DNA from: an uncultured cyanobacterium
GTDB taxonomy: Bacteria > Cyanobacteriota > Cyanobacteriia > Leptolyngbyales > Leptolyngbyaceae
Direction: 5' to 3'
Assembly: GCA_963766075.1 (NCBI GenBank)
Contig: CAVYAN010000091.1
Location: 1-35,611 of the forward strand
Length of the DNA: 35,611 nt
Made by a program: the position numbers and the translations under genes. Below the pieces are notes generated by a model. The model ran no database searches, had not been told where the DNA came from, and saw only the letters and a program-made list of their open reading frames with translations. This document shows positions 31,105 through 35,611 of the stretch, one piece after another. How positions within the stretch are numbered: the stretch's first letter is position 1; each line of letters opens with the position of its first letter.

Positions 31105-31926
31105 ATGGACTTTCCCCGCGCTAGACAGCTTTTTTACCAAGAGATTCATCAGCCGGATGCCAATTTGAATTTGGAGCGGGCTGCTTTGTATTTGGCACAG
31201 GAGGAATATCCAGATTTAGAGGTAGATCAGTATTTGGGGATGATGGATGCGATCGCCAACGCCATCCAGGCCCAATTGCCCCAGAATCCCTATCCGCTGA
31301 AAATTATTCAGGCGCTTAATCAATATATCTACGGAGAATTAAAGTTTGCGGGGAATACAGCGGATTATTATGACCCGCGCAATAGTTTTTTGAATCAGGT
31401 GCTGGATCGCCGTACTGGCATTCCTATTACGTTATCCCTCGTGTATTTGGCGATCGCCCGTCGTCTGGACTTTCCCATGGTGGGGATTGGCATGCCGGGG
31501 CATTTTTTAATGCGGCCCATTGGCGGGGACTTGGAAATTTTTGTCGATGCCTTCAATCGGGGTGAAGTTTTATTCATTCAGGACTGCCATGATCGGCTGA
31601 ATCAGCTCTATGGGTCCACGGTAGAGTTTTTGCCCCAGTTCCTAGAGCCTGTGACGCCGCAACAATTTTTAGCCCGGATGCTCACCAATCTGAAGATGAT
31701 TTATCTGAATCGGGGGGATGTGCTGCGGGGATTGGCGGCGATCGAGCGGATCTTGCTGCTGTTTCCCCACGCTCCCCTGGAACTGCGCGATCGCGGTGTG
31801 CTCTACTATCGCCTGAGCCGCCTTACCGCCGCCCGTCAGGATCTGGAAACCTACCTTGCTCTGTTGCCCACCGCTACCGATGCCAAAGTCGTGCGGCAAT
31901 TGCTCCACAAAATCAATCACAGCTAG
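31105..31926 (+). CDS. SirB1 family protein (transglutaminase-like core plus TPR)
   Basis: YYDPRNSFLNQVLDRRTGIPITLS, GMPGHFL, RMLTNLK, ELRDRG. Confidence 0.9.
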   Translation: MDFPRARQLFYQEIHQPDANLNLERAALYLAQEEYPDLEVDQYLGMMDAIANAIQAQLPQNPYPLKIIQALNQYIYGELKFAGNTADYYDPRNSFLNQVLDRRTGIPITLSLVYLAIARRLDFPMVGIGMPGHFLMRPIGGDLEIFVDAFNRGEVLFIQDCHDRLNQLYGSTVEFLPQFLEPVTPQQFLARMLTNLKMIYLNRGDVLRGLAAIERILLLFPHAPLELRDRGVLYYRLSRLTAARQDLETYLALLPTATDAKVVRQLLHKINHS

Positions 31927-32077
31927 TGATCAACCGCAGCTAGCGATCCACAGCATCTAGCGGCAATTCCCACCTCAACCTTCGGTTTTCACCGCCTGCC
32001 TCACCGGGGCAAACCGATGAAGATAGAAGACGTACATGCGCGAGCGATCGCGTCTCCTCTCTTCTAAGGCTGCTGCC

Positions 32078-32569
32078 ATGAATAGCAAAACCGTTTCCTA
32101 TCTGCTTTGGCTGTCGATGTTTATGGGCGTTGGTGGCTTACATCGGTTCTATAACGGCAAGATGGTGACGGGTACAATTTGGCTGTTGACGGGTGGGTTG
32201 TTCGGTGTGGGGCAAATTATTGATCTGTTTCTGATGTCCGAGATGGTGGAAGAGCATAACCTGAAGCGTAGTCACCGTATGGGCATTCCCTACGTTGCTG
32301 GCGATCCGGTGATTGAGCGAGTGCTTGATTTACGTCCCGAACAATTGGAATTTAAATTACTGAAAGCTGCGGAGGCGCGTCAGGGTAGAATTTCGGTGAC
32401 TCAGGGGGTGATGGCAACGGGAACTGACTTCACGAAGGTGGAAGCCGCGCTGCTCAACATTGCCAAGAAAGGGCATGCCGACATCCAGAATGATCCCAGC
32501 ACGGGTGCAGTGATTTATGTGTTTCCTGAGCTGGTGGCAGACACGAAAGCCTTTAGTTGGCAGGTATAG
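32078..32569 (+). CDS. TM2/NINE domain protein with C-terminal winged-helix-like region
   Basis: YLLWL...GLHRFYNGK...IWLLTGGLFGVGQIIDLFLM. Confidence 0.85.
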   Translation: MNSKTVSYLLWLSMFMGVGGLHRFYNGKMVTGTIWLLTGGLFGVGQIIDLFLMSEMVEEHNLKRSHRMGIPYVAGDPVIERVLDLRPEQLEFKLLKAAEARQGRISVTQGVMATGTDFTKVEAALLNIAKKGHADIQNDPSTGAVIYVFPELVADTKAFSWQV

Positions 32570-32620
32570 ATGAGCAAACTTTACCGGTGAGGGCCGACGG
32601 GGTATTCAGAACTGCTGAAA

Positions 32621-32659
32621 ACAAACGCCCTGAATTCTAGAAGAATTCAGGGCGTTTGT
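32621..32659. terminator. 18-bp perfect inverted repeat between convergent genes
   Basis: ACAAACGCCCTGAATTCT-AGA-AGAATTCAGGGCGTTTGT. Confidence 0.75.
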
Positions 32660-32756
32660 CGATTAAGCCCTAGGCGATCGCCGCTTTAGCGGTGAGTCAA
32701 CTTTAGCAGCGAGTCAGAGCATGATCAAAGAATTAGCTAAGGGAACAGTCCAGAAC

Positions 32757-35611
<2,855 letters not shown>

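Overview
Cyanobacterial chromosomal DNA (dense HIP1 GCGATCGC octamers, photosynthesis genes), mostly core genome. In order: the end of pepA, a DUF2459 gene, a secreted iota-class carbonic-anhydrase-like gene, a DUF4335/DUF3038 pair, phytol kinase, thyD, psaI, the rubA-ycf48-psbEFLJ cluster divergent from ndhCKJ, deoC-recO-MFS-dgdA, an amidase, two SLH/OprB porin genes flanking an Rpn (PD-(D/E)xK, DUF4351) gene, Rrf2-cysK, a J-domain gene, a TPR-M48 protease, mpg, SirB1, a TM2/NINE gene and most of apcE. The right end carries an Oxford Nanopore adapter remnant, and at least seven conserved genes have indels, so frameshifts are most likely read errors rather than pseudogenes. Most notable: (1) a two-gene cassette (small membrane protein plus a Coq4-like HDxxH-x11-E protein) between psaI and psbJ; (2) a dispersed, partly nested hairpin repeat family with a conserved loop and covarying stems; (3) an Rpn gene with an internal SD+ATG for a candidate RpnS antitoxin and an apparent in-frame deletion; (4) Yfr1 sRNA target sites before the porins; (5) repeated short 'echo' duplications of gene 3' ends. 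No CRISPR array, tRNA or rRNA was seen. All family assignments are from motif recognition, not database searches.
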